DNA of 64,000 nucleotides from Schizosaccharomyces osmophilus (lineage: Eukaryota). Positions 27,299 to 37,982 of the stretch are shown one piece after another. The first letter of the stretch is position 1. The number at the start of each line of letters is the position of its first letter. The DNA is taken from positions 1,922,001-1,986,000 of the forward strand of contig NC_079240.1 in the NCBI RefSeq assembly GCF_027921745.1, given 5' to 3'. The notes under the pieces were generated by a model. The model made no database searches, had not been told where the DNA came from, and was given only the letters and a program-made list of their open reading frames with translations. The position numbers and the translations under genes were made by a program.

Positions 27299-28345
27299 AT
27301 GAAAGGACATAACACAGTGTCTAGTGCATTGCTGGAACCATTACAAAAGATGAATCCATTTAAAGATTCAGCACCTGCAAATCATGGCCGACGAGCAAGT
27401 ATTTCTTACGATGAAGGAGAAGGGCGAAGTCATCTTGTCGATGCAAAAGACAACGAAGGTCAAACAATGCGAATTGGCAGTACGAGGCCTAGCAGAACAT
27501 CCAACTGGCTAGCGGGTATGGTTGAAGACAAGAATCAACGATGGAGGAGAGCCATGGAAGACGCTCATAGTTGTTGGTATGATTTTGGCGGTAACCAGGA
27601 TGATGGCTTTATAGGCGTTTATGACGGCCATGCTGGAGCCCAAGCTTCTGACTACTGCAGAAAAGTTCTGCATAAGATTTTATTGGAAAAACTGAGAAAA
27701 TTCCCCGACCGCCTTGTGACAGATTTGCTTGATGAAACCTTCGTTGAGGTCAACGATAGCATTGCAAAAGAAACCAAGAACGAAGTATGCGGTTGTACCT
27801 CTGCTGTTGCATTTTTCCGCTATGAAAACAATAGATCTCGAAGAGTATTGTATACAGCTAACGTGGGTGATGCTCGTGTTGTTCTTTGCCGCGATGGAAA
27901 AGCTATTCGTCTCTCTTACGATCATAAAGGATCCGATGAGAACGAGTCTCGCCGAGTCACTCAGTTAGGAGGAGCGATGGTGCAGAACCGGATTAACGGT
28001 GTTCTTGCCGTTACAAGAGCCTTAGGCGACACTTATCTGAAAGAACTCGTGAGTGCTCATCCCTTTACGACAGAGACACGAATTTGGTCAGGTCACGATG
28101 AATTTTTTATTGTAGCTTGCGATGGACTTTGGGATGTAATTTCAGACCAAGAAGCTGTTGATTTCGTTCGGAAATTCACCAGCTGTCGCGAAGCTGCCTT
28201 ACGACTAGTCGAGCATGCATTAAAACGATTGAGTACAGATAATATAACCTGTATTGTTGTGAACTTGACGAGGACTCCTGGTGATGTTGACGAACCCGGA
28301 GTTATGGTTGATTCTAATAATGATTATAGCAATGATTATTATTAA
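27299..28345 (+). CDS. ptc1: PP2C protein phosphatase Ptc1
   Basis: RRAMEDAH, VYDGHAG, ANVGDAR, LAVTRALGD, ACDGLWDV and STDNIT motifs. Confidence 0.95.
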   Translation: MKGHNTVSSALLEPLQKMNPFKDSAPANHGRRASISYDEGEGRSHLVDAKDNEGQTMRIGSTRPSRTSNWLAGMVEDKNQRWRRAMEDAHSCWYDFGGNQDDGFIGVYDGHAGAQASDYCRKVLHKILLEKLRKFPDRLVTDLLDETFVEVNDSIAKETKNEVCGCTSAVAFFRYENNRSRRVLYTANVGDARVVLCRDGKAIRLSYDHKGSDENESRRVTQLGGAMVQNRINGVLAVTRALGDTYLKELVSAHPFTTETRIWSGHDEFFIVACDGLWDVISDQEAVDFVRKFTSCREAALRLVEHALKRLSTDNITCIVVNLTRTPGDVDEPGVMVDSNNDYSNDYY

Positions 28346-29031
28346 TCTGCTTTTTCCGAATGCGTATGCTTTATCTTTAGGACTTACCTTTTTGAGAAAA
28401 TCAATCGGATCGAATGAAGTAATAAAAATAGCAACGATTTGGGGGTTGCGAATTTTTGTGAAGGTTATGTTAAAAAAGGAAACTGCATCATCTAAGCTAT
28501 ACACATTGGTACAGGCTATTCCATTCTAATAATTATATATGTATTTCCGGACTTTGTCTTCTTATGTTTCTTGTTCTATCTATATTGGTTTGACATAATG
28601 ACTTATATAGATGTTTGAATCCCTTATTGTAATAACCCGTCCTATGCTGTCTACACATATCATACCCTCTTCCTATGGACTAATTATGATTGATACATAC
28701 TCATTTTTTGAATGAAGATGTTCAAAACTCCATCATGACCTTCCTCTTTAATTCGTAGTTCATAGCCAGCACTTAGAAAGGATTAAAACTTTGATGACAA
28801 TACGGAGCAAAACTGACCAGACCAATCTTACTTTTCAACCGTTTTCAATTGCATATAAACACAATACATATAATTTTAATTCGTATAAGAAAAAATTAGA
28901 ACGAAAACAAGTAAGTCATAACATTCATGTCATAAAAGAGCGTCTAATTAATGTAAAAACTAAATCTAACGAAATGCCAAAAGCATCAAACAAACGAAGC
29001 AAATTCTTCCTAATTGAAAATGATCTCCGGT

Positions 29032-30111
29032 TTATGAGTTGTTTCCTGACATGGTAAAATCAAACGATTCACCAAACAAATCATTAATGCTTTCTGTAGA
29101 GGGCATATCTGTAGGCAAACCAAGAGAGTTGTTACCAAAAGAGTTATTCAAATGGGCTGCAAACGAGTTGTCATTACCGAAAGCAGCACTATAATTTTCC
29201 TGCGTTTTGGTGTCTAAGGTAGAGGCAGCAGAAGGAGGATAAGATGCATTGGCAGGTTTAGGTCGCTTTGAAGACGGAGAAACCAGCTGCTGCTGTTGCT
29301 GTAAAAATCCATAATTACTAGGCACAGATCCTTGAGCAGTGTCTAAGCTGGGAAAAGACATATTTGATAAATTATCTTGTGGGGAGGTGGACGTATTTCC
29401 TAAGACATTTGGCAGCAGATATTCATTTGCCTGCAGCGCCTGGTCTGAAGAGGCTTCTGGTGGCATGCTAAATTGGAAGGCATCGTTTTCACGAGAAACA
29501 CCAGTGGGTAAACCGGAGGGTAAATTCGGATACCCTTCAGAACGTGCTTCGCTACCAACGGATTCCACACCACTAGTAGTCGGCTTTAGTTTAGGTGAAG
29601 GCGACACATTTGTTTTCACATTCATGCCCTCAAAAGCTTTTACATCCGAAGATCTGAGAAAAGCATTTTCATTTGGCATGGACTGGGAATTGAAAGGGGA
29701 AAGGTTAAAAAAGTTACCCCCATTATTCCTATTTTGAAATGCATCAGACTGCAATCCTTGTTCCAAAGCGCTGGTGTTTCCGTCTGACGGTGGATAGTTG
29801 GCGGTCAAGTCCATTGGCAATTCCGGTTTTACTGTTGCATTGGTCGTAGTTGGGACATTCTCGGCAGCTTCCAAAATGCGTAGATCTCTTTCAAGTACTT
29901 TTTTAGCATCTAAAAGACGAACCTCAATTAAATCACAATAATCTTGAAACTTATGGCATTCCCCTTGCAGTTGAGTATGATATAATGCATTGGGAACATT
30001 GGCAAGCAAGGATCGTAACAAATATCCGACGTTTAGAAAAACTTCATCCAAAACTATACCAAGTTGAGATGCATACTCTACAACTTCATTCTGGGTGGAA
30101 TGTCCTTCCAT
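29032..30111 (-). CDS. med2: Probable Mediator tail subunit Med2/Med29-like: helical N-terminus and long low-complexity tail
   Basis: Helical N-terminal ~90 aa (CHKFQDYCDLIEVRL) followed by a disordered S/N/P/Q region. The name rests on recalled synteny with SPCC4F11.03c. Confidence 0.55.
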   Translation of the reverse strand: MEGHSTQNEVVEYASQLGIVLDEVFLNVGYLLRSLLANVPNALYHTQLQGECHKFQDYCDLIEVRLLDAKKVLERDLRILEAAENVPTTTNATVKPELPMDLTANYPPSDGNTSALEQGLQSDAFQNRNNGGNFFNLSPFNSQSMPNENAFLRSSDVKAFEGMNVKTNVSPSPKLKPTTSGVESVGSEARSEGYPNLPSGLPTGVSRENDAFQFSMPPEASSDQALQANEYLLPNVLGNTSTSPQDNLSNMSFPSLDTAQGSVPSNYGFLQQQQQLVSPSSKRPKPANASYPPSAASTLDTKTQENYSAAFGNDNSFAAHLNNSFGNNSLGLPTDMPSTESINDLFGESFDFTMSGNNS

Positions 30112-30475
30112 TAGATACACAGAGCCGAGACAGACAAAATCAAGCCTACACTTTCAAAAAATAAAAGAGCCTTTGACTGGTCAATCAGCCTTGAGCGACT
30201 TTTCTTTACCAGATGTTTATCTCACTCAACAGATTTCTGTTGAGATGGGTTCGAAAAAATTTTAAAGTACAATCACCTTACCTTCGGGTCTCCAAAAAAT
30301 ACGCTTCGGCTCGGTATATCACGATATTGCAGATTCGGCACTTTGAACGAGACTTTGTGCACGCTCGATGTAAGCGTCAAGCACCTATGTAATCAATTTC
30401 GATAAAAGCAGAATTGTTAAATGGTAACGAAAACAAAGCAAGTTTAATTTTTCAGTCAAGACGACCAGGAATGAG

Positions 30476-31513
30476 TTAGACGTCTTCTTGTTCTGAAAGT
30501 GGCAGCGCAACTTTGTGTTGGCGAGAGAAAAAGCATCGTTCGTAAATACGACTATCAAGGAGTATGGAAAAAACGGAATATGAAAGAAGGAAATAAGCAA
30601 TGAAGCCAGTGGAAATCAAACCCAAGATATGTTTGTTAGCCCATAAAATTAAGGAGGCATCTTTGTCGTGCCAGGAAGAGCCTTCATAAAAAGTGAAGTA
30701 AGATTGGTTGGAGAACTTGTAATCTTGTTCCAAGAGAATACGTATTCTTGCAGATGCGGAACTGTCTCTCGGTAATAGGTTTTGATAACGTTCCCAAAGA
30801 AAGCTGATGGACAGCGGACCTGTGCTAAACATAATGGTCGGATATGGAAAGACATAAGACTTTGCATTGCGCGCTAGGTTGCTTAAAATAAAAGAAAAAA
30901 AAGGATGACCAGGAACAGTGCCCATAACATCATTGGAGATGCCTACTGGGTCGGTCCTACGAAAGACAGCAGGATAGTACAATAGGCTATCGAGGGACTG
31001 TCGGCAGCCATCATCAAGGTCGATGTAGATGCCTCCATAATGAAAAAGCACGAAGTAACGAATTGCGTCTGCGCGCTGCACGTTATAGGGATAAGCGTCA
31101 AAGTACTTGAGAAACCATGAATAATGTTCAGCAATGAAATTTCTGGACATTTCGTCAGTCCATAAAATATATTGATAGTTAGGATGCATAGATATGCAAC
31201 TCTCTTGGGCAGCTTTCCATTTTTCAGGCACTGTATCTGTCTTCCATGTTTGGTGAATAATTTTAGGAATTACGGGTTCATGTCCAAAAACAGATGGGAG
31301 CCATTCTGGAAGTTTGGAATTCTCTACAGACGTGTTTTTAGAAGCAAGAAAAATCTGTTCTCTTGAGTATCGAAGCTCGGCAGAAGGAATGATGTCCTTT
31401 TGGAAATCATCCGTAAACATAAAGAGCGCGTTGCGAAACCAAACAACGAGGATTCCAAGAAGAAAGAGATGAAAACCCAAAAAGATACTAATTTTGTAGC
31501 GGGTCGGTGCCAT
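30476..31513 (-). CDS. imt2: Inositol-phosphoceramide mannosyltransferase (GT32, Sur1/Csh1 family)
   Basis: N-terminal TM, IPKIIHQTWK, QRADAIRYFVL..GGIYIDLD (DXD), GSSWH and a C-terminal TM. Confidence 0.88.
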   Translation of the reverse strand: MAPTRYKISIFLGFHLFLLGILVVWFRNALFMFTDDFQKDIIPSAELRYSREQIFLASKNTSVENSKLPEWLPSVFGHEPVIPKIIHQTWKTDTVPEKWKAAQESCISMHPNYQYILWTDEMSRNFIAEHYSWFLKYFDAYPYNVQRADAIRYFVLFHYGGIYIDLDDGCRQSLDSLLYYPAVFRRTDPVGISNDVMGTVPGHPFFSFILSNLARNAKSYVFPYPTIMFSTGPLSISFLWERYQNLLPRDSSASARIRILLEQDYKFSNQSYFTFYEGSSWHDKDASLILWANKHILGLISTGFIAYFLLSYSVFSILLDSRIYERCFFSRQHKVALPLSEQEDV

Positions 31514-32476
31514 TTTATTGGTGCGTATACAACACAAAAAGTTCGTTTTTTTGGATTTACTTCAATTGACTTCGTATCTCTCACGAAATATAATCGTTAC
31601 AAAGATTGCTTTTGAGAACACAATTGCTTTTTTAACGACTAAAATGTCTTTTATCAATAGCAGAAACTTTTCGCGATGACAATGAATTGATTCAATGCAA
31701 CTAAAATAGAAAAAAGTAGTTTGTGGCAGTGAAATTTTCTTTCTTTAATATTTCAATAACCTTTGAAACAAAGAACGGTTCACCATTCTCGTTATTAGGT
31801 TCATATTTTATGGAGGCTCATTGTCCAAAATCGCGTGTTTTCTGTTTACCAAATATGTATTCCTGGCGCGCAAAGATCATGCTATTCGCTTTTCCTTAGT
31901 TTATATGCAGAGGTAAAGAATAGTCATATGATATTCATTTTAAAGTAACTGAATACTCCGTAGGAAATCAATTCGTACTTCTTGTTCTCTCAAACATGTA
32001 CCGGCCATTCATGAGTACGCGGTTCCTAAGAGATGCGATGCGGCGAATGAAAATTGCTTACTGCAGATAATTTCTTTTATCTTTTTCTTTTCCATTTTTT
32101 TTATTTATATTTTAAGAAGCTTCCCTTTTTCTCGTACTGCTTAATTTTTAATCTTAGCATTGCAAATACTAAAATATTCAACCATTCAACTTGCGCTGTT
32201 TGCTAAACGGCATTTTTTATTCAACGATGAAACAATTATCCTATCGCTTCAGCAAAAAATTACATGGCCTATTCTTAAAATTGTTTCGGTAACCAAGAAA
32301 AAAGTATGCAAAGGTAGGAAACGACACGCTTCTATATTGCATGGTCGACACGCCTTGAGCGCATATAGTACGCATATACAAGGAAATAAATCTATAAACA
32401 GAAAAACAAAAAACTAAAAAACAAATTGACTATTTTTTCCAGGCGGAATTGGTTGCACGAGACAGAAACCACCATT

Positions 32477-32505
32477 TGTTTACGGTGCAAAACGCGTAAA
32501 CGCGT
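32477..32505. promoter_or_regulatory. Forkhead site (TGTTTAC) plus tandem MCB (ACGCGT x2) in the imt2/mpg1 divergent region
   Basis: TGTTTAC 32477-32483; ACGCGT 32492-32497 and 32500-32505. Confidence 0.6.
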
Positions 32506-33800
32506 GTTCAACAAGTACCAACTTGGGTAATCATGGATGGTGATTCAAGCAAGAATTCATTGAAAAAAAGCGATATTAATTCATAGGAATCATAGAAATT
32601 TACCAAAGGATTGTTGGACCTAAACTACAAATGTATGTTTCTGCGTTAAGGATGCTTTTCCTCCTTTAAATCTTGGAGCGTGTTTCCTATTCACTTATTT
32701 CTCGTGTACACATGAATGGATGATTGAGAGTATGCTTTCATAAATAATCGATCTGCTGGTTCTAACCTCACAATCCACAATCGCGTCTTTTTGCGCTACA
32801 AGACAAGAACAAGAAATCCGCTCCCAAGAAGCTTTATCTCCTTTCCTCCTTTGTAGGAGCAAGGAATGTCAAGCAGTTTTTCCTGGCAGAACTCCCGAAT
32901 TCCTATTCTTGCGCCTCTTTCTTTTTCTTTCGTCCATTCCTCCGTTTCATTGTTTCTGTCTTGTTTTGCTGGTTATCGTGACAATCTCCTATGCGCCTCT
33001 TTGAAGCTTAGTACGGTCGTTGCAACCGTGCGACATTGCACCTTTTGACAAGCCTTTTTTGACCTCTTGGCTACGAGTACAAATATTCTAAGAAAATTGA
33101 TTTCCAAGCTACACTCCTGCTACGGTACGGCCATTGTTATTCTTCAAGTCATTCTCGTTGACAAGAATCCTTGTTTTATTTATTACCATGTTCATTTCGC
33201 GAGTTTCCTTTTTATTTTTGCGACTGCACTCCATAACTATTAAGGAATGAACTTCTTCCTTAAAGAAGCGTTCCACGAGTCGCTAATATCAGCCAAACGC
33301 ATGAAAGCCATGCATACGCAACTGTGAGTCAACAAGTGCAGAAGAAAATTTGTCACTATTTGTGTTTGATTATGACTGGCAATTTCCCTAATGTTGATAC
33401 TTTCGTGACATATTTTCAGGCCTTACCCTTCCCCTCACATACATGGTAGTTGTGGGGGACTTGTGTTCACCTGATCTTTACCAACCACTCTAAATAACTT
33501 TCCATAGGAGGTTTGTCTTCAGAAAACCTGACATTAGGAAAGACCATCTTTCTTATTTATTTGGATTCTTTACTTGAGCACTTGAGTAAGTCTTAAACAT
33601 TGTATTGTCTTTGGATGGCTTAGATTTCGAACGACTCAATTTTTGGGAAATGTTTTGATTAACTCTTTTTCGTCCAAAGAGAAAGAGCGATTTATAAGCA
33701 CGATTCGAACGAATTAGCTATGCTATTGAGACGACGTTTTTGCATTCCCGTATACTAACTTCTTTCAAGGTTTCCCTTGTCTCTATATATCTCTGCAGCA

Positions 33801-34892
33801 ATGAAGGCACTGATTCTCGTCGGCGGTTTTGGTACTCGTCTCCGTCCTTTGACCTTGACTTTGCCAAAGCCTTTGGTTGAATTTGGCAACCGTCCCATGA
33901 TTCTCCATCAAGTCGAAGCCTTAGCCGCTGCTGGTGTCACCGACATTGTCTTGGCAGTGAACTACCGCCCTGAAATCATGGTTCAAGCTCTTAAGAAGTA
34001 CGAAGAAGAATACAAGGTCAGAATTACCTTTTCCGTGGAGAATGAGCCCTTGGGCACCGCTGGCCCTCTTGCTCTTGCTCGTGAAATCCTTGGCAAAGAC
34101 AATACTCCTTTCTTTGTTTTGAACAGTGATGTCATCTGCGAGTATCCTTTTGGTGATTTGGCCAACTTCCACAAAGCCCATGGTGCCGAAGGTACTATTG
34201 TTGTAACCAAGGTTGAGGACCCCTCCAAATATGGTGTCGTTGTTCACTATCCCAACTCGGAGTCCTTAATAGAGCGCTTTGTTGAGAAACCTTCTGAATT
34301 TGTTTCCAACAGAATCAATGCCGGTATCTACATTCTCAACCCTTCCGTCCTTGACCGCATCCAGCCTCGCCCTACTTCCATCGAAAAGGAGGTTTTCCCT
34401 GCCATGGTTAAAGACAAGCAGTTGCACTCTTTTGATTTAGAAAGTTACTGGATGGACGTTGGTCAACCCAAGGACTATCTTACTGGTAGTTGCCTTTATT
34501 TGTCCTCTGTGAGAAAGCACAAGCCTGAGATGTTAGCCCCTGCTGGCCCTTCCATTATTGGCAATGTCTTGATTGACGCTTCTGCCACCATTGGCAAAAA
34601 CTGCAAAATTGGCCCTAACGTCGTTATCGGTCCTAATGTTTCGATCGGTGACGGTGTTCGCCTTCAACGTTGCGCTATCCTCAAGTCATCCCGCGTACGC
34701 GACCATGCCTGGGTGAAGAGCACCATTGTCGGATGGAACTCTACCCTTGGATCATGGAGCCGTTTAGAAAATGTTTCTGTTTTGGGTGACGACGTTGTCG
34801 TCAATGATGAAATCTATGTTAATGGCGGTAGCATTTTACCCCACAAGAGCATTAGCGCCAATATTGAAGTCCCTGGTACCATTGTTATGTAA
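33801..34892 (+). CDS. mpg1: Mannose-1-phosphate guanyltransferase (GDP-mannose pyrophosphorylase)
   Basis: [47 protein letters not shown] and a C-terminal hexapeptide repeat. Confidence 0.97.
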   Translation: MKALILVGGFGTRLRPLTLTLPKPLVEFGNRPMILHQVEALAAAGVTDIVLAVNYRPEIMVQALKKYEEEYKVRITFSVENEPLGTAGPLALAREILGKDNTPFFVLNSDVICEYPFGDLANFHKAHGAEGTIVVTKVEDPSKYGVVVHYPNSESLIERFVEKPSEFVSNRINAGIYILNPSVLDRIQPRPTSIEKEVFPAMVKDKQLHSFDLESYWMDVGQPKDYLTGSCLYLSSVRKHKPEMLAPAGPSIIGNVLIDASATIGKNCKIGPNVVIGPNVSIGDGVRLQRCAILKSSRVRDHAWVKSTIVGWNSTLGSWSRLENVSVLGDDVVVNDEIYVNGGSILPHKSISANIEVPGTIVM

Positions 34893-35465
34893 AATTGCTT
34901 GTGTATAGGATCCTTTTATTCTTTTACATCAACTTCCCTCTTTCCGTTTTATTCTTTTCCATCTTTGTACCTAATACTACTCTTTTTCCTTCTATTGCCC
35001 TTTTTTAATTCTTTTTAAATCACACACTCTTTTTGCCTATCTCTTCTTCTTTTATTGAATTAGTAAAGGATGCAGATTTCTGTCTTTTTAATTTCTCTTG
35101 CATTAGAAATGGAGATAATCATGTACATTTGTTCATTTAAACTCGAAGTGTTAGAAAGGCAGATTAATTTAGCAAGTCTTGAAGAGCTTTTTCTTTGCTG
35201 ATATGGTTTTCTTTGTGATTTTTTATTTGCCTAGTAGTAAAGCAGCCATCTGTTTTATTGGATTCACCAGTATTGCACAACAAGTTGTGGAAAGTATAAA
35301 AAGATAATAAGTTCAATAAATTCTAAGATTTTATTTATTTTTACTTACATGATATAAGTGAACCAAAAAATGGTTTGAAGCCCCATTGAGTATTAGCGAA
35401 ATTTATCCATTATCAATAGTATAACTTATACATAAATATCCAACAAAAAGACAGATGCAAAAGTA

Positions 35466-37154
35466 TTATTTTTTTTCATTAGACGATTTAGTTGGTTTTC
35501 GTCGAACATATTTCTTTTTTGCCAATGCTGGGTTGGGAGGAGGTCTTGAAGGTCTAGCGGTGGACGGTTTCTCGACAGTTTCTTCGGTCTTGTCATTTGA
35601 TTTTCGGTATTTGGAGCGGTTGAGAGACCCAGCGTTTTGGTTTCCAGTTTCAAACTGGACTTCACGTTTGATGAGAGACGCAAACTTGGTATCTTTGGTG
35701 AACATACGACGCCAACCTTCAATTTGTTCATGAGTCATAGCATTATCGACTTGCTTGATAAGATCCGCACGTTCTTTTGTTTTTCTAGCGCTTTGTTCAA
35801 AAAGCATGGGATCTCTCTCAAAAGCACTCAAAAGCACTTGATTGATATAGCGCTGGTAGTCGTGGGCAATATTGGGAGCTGCTTCTGGATTATCGTCCTG
35901 AACACCAGGATCCACGGGCACAACTGCATCTGTGTTATCGTATGTATCATCATACTCATCATCTTCAGCCAAAGCAAGCAAGTCAAAAATTCTCGCTTTT
36001 TGGTTGCTGGAAGCAGAAGACTTCCAGAAATCGGCATCTTCTGGTTTCTTGTTTACGTAAATATTCTCTGGATCAATATTTAAAAGATCTAAGCGCTCTT
36101 GCTCTTGGGAAGATTGTACATTAGAAGAGGAAGTATCACGGTTGGGGATGACTGCTTTGACAGTATCATTTAGTTTCAAAGGTGCAGAAGGTGCAGAAGG
36201 ATGAGAGGAAGAAGAGGATGCATCAACAGTCGAGTTGGTTAAAATGGCTTCACAAGCCAGGTCCATTTGACCATTGTTGTGGGCTAAATAGTCACCAGCT
36301 TCTTCTATGGTCAGTTGAGGGAAAAGTTCGACAAGATTCTGAATGTCATTTGAGTCGACGCCAAAAGTATTAGAAGTGTCACGGGAGACAGCAGAAGCTT
36401 GTTTCGCTTGTGCTTGTCTGTAATGCTTAAGGGCGTTGTCCAGCATCATGCGGATTTCAGGGTTGCCGTTATCCTTAACGCGCTTCAAAAGTGTGTGATC
36501 CTCCAAGATGACGGCAAGACACTGTTGCAGTTCATGGGAATCTAAAAACATTTCTAGGTAGAAGAGTAAAGATGAATCGGAAGCATGGTAAAGGCAATGC
36601 TGAACAAGGCGCTTTAGCCAAAACTCCTTTTCCATCTCTGCAACATTATTAGGATTATCTATGTTTTGTTGGACAACTTTGGAAAGAATGGGTAAGAGGT
36701 CGAGTAAGGCGGGATAATATACAGAGGAGGTCATGCAATGCACTGCAGTCCAAACGGTAAAGAGACGGCAAAGGTCAATGGAGAAGATAGTTTCAAATCT
36801 TTGAAAGTACTGTGTAAACTGCAAAGCCATTCCATCCGAGTCAGAGTCCTTACAAAACGACCAAGCAAGGTTCTTGACGGTGTCGCTGGAGGTGAGAAAG
36901 CATGCGCAGACCTGCATGATTGTTTTTGGGGTTACTTTATGTGTCTTTAGACAACGATGTAAGAGATAGAGTAAGCGTATTTCGTCCTGCTCATTTCTAT
37001 GGAGTTGAAGGCTTCCTGTTTGCTGCCAGATTTGGTCCATCTGTACGGTCACCAATTCGACAACCGCGGGCGCTAAATTTTTCCAGGCATCTTCTTTTGT
37101 GCTCAGTAATTGCCGCACAAGGCTTGCTTCTAAGGGACCCACATGTTGTTCCAT
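35466..37154 (-). CDS. cue3: CUE-domain protein Cue3/ASCC2 (ribosome quality-control trigger complex)
   Basis: CUE-like LVELFPQL, EDDEYDDTYD, ARKTKERADL and MTHEQIEGW motifs typical of Cue3/ASCC2. Confidence 0.85.
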   Translation of the reverse strand: MEQHVGPLEASLVRQLLSTKEDAWKNLAPAVVELVTVQMDQIWQQTGSLQLHRNEQDEIRLLYLLHRCLKTHKVTPKTIMQVCACFLTSSDTVKNLAWSFCKDSDSDGMALQFTQYFQRFETIFSIDLCRLFTVWTAVHCMTSSVYYPALLDLLPILSKVVQQNIDNPNNVAEMEKEFWLKRLVQHCLYHASDSSLLFYLEMFLDSHELQQCLAVILEDHTLLKRVKDNGNPEIRMMLDNALKHYRQAQAKQASAVSRDTSNTFGVDSNDIQNLVELFPQLTIEEAGDYLAHNNGQMDLACEAILTNSTVDASSSSSHPSAPSAPLKLNDTVKAVIPNRDTSSSNVQSSQEQERLDLLNIDPENIYVNKKPEDADFWKSSASSNQKARIFDLLALAEDDEYDDTYDNTDAVVPVDPGVQDDNPEAAPNIAHDYQRYINQVLLSAFERDPMLFEQSARKTKERADLIKQVDNAMTHEQIEGWRRMFTKDTKFASLIKREVQFETGNQNAGSLNRSKYRKSNDKTEETVEKPSTARPSRPPPNPALAKKKYVRRKPTKSSNEKK

Positions 37155-37778
37155 GACAGGAATAGGTAGGAAATTGGCAGGTCAACTAGAGGCATCCTTG
37201 CGTTCCTCCGGATAGCGCATCACTGGAGTTGGTTAAACAACAAGGAAAGGAAAAGTCAGGAAGCTTTGTTTTGTAGGGTTGTAATTTGTAAGAAAAGGAA
37301 AAAAAAGATGCACAGAGGAAAAGGCAGACAGAGACAGAGGAAGACAGACAGAAAGGGAAGGATCAAGAAAGAGGAGTGAGAGAGACTGCAGAGTAAAGTT
37401 GGGAGGGGAATAGGGGTTGTAAAAGAGGGCTTCCTTTCCATAGGATCAATTCTGTTAGAATTGGAAATCGCATTGGCTTTGTAGATGCAGTATTTGCTAT
37501 AGAATGGATCCTAGAAGAGTATCATAGTATGTCTCATCTTTTATGATATGTATCGTAATAAAGAATATTGGTAGGTAGTATCGTCTTATTATGCATATCG
37601 TAAAAACCTGATTTCTTACGAGAGAGTGTGTAGGTGAAATAGTATGAAATCAACGATGCCAACGAAACAGTTTTTCAGACTGTTCCCTTTCAAACGATTT
37701 TTTTATAATGTAACATTAGACAAAAGATTTCATCGTATTTCATACATGCTTGAGTTGTTCTATGCCTGTATCGTTCGG

Positions 37779-37982
37779 TCAACTCATAAAAGCCAAATTC
37801 TGTCAAGGCCGAAATATTGTAATATAATATTACAAAAGAGTCGTTTATTACGAAATATAAACAACGGAAGTTACTAACAAAAAACTTTATCAAAAGGAAC
37901 AATGTTATTTACTTTAGAAGAGATATATCTCTCCAGTTGGAAATACGAATCTTCAGATTGGAAGGTTCGACTGGTCTGGCTT
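37779..37982 (+). repeat. Diverged copy of the wtf/wag intergenic region (paralog at 56705-56942)
   Basis: Collinear shared blocks: TCAAcTCATAAAAGC vs TCAAtTCATAAAAGC; AAAAGAGTCGT; TTTATTAC..TAAACAA.GGAA; ATTGGAAGGTTC; TGGCTT. Confidence 0.8.

Noticed and set aside
37256..37441. Purine-rich GA-repeat tract and 61-aa ORF
   Set aside because: Low-complexity pyrimidine-rich leader of cue3; no repeat unit or coding signal.
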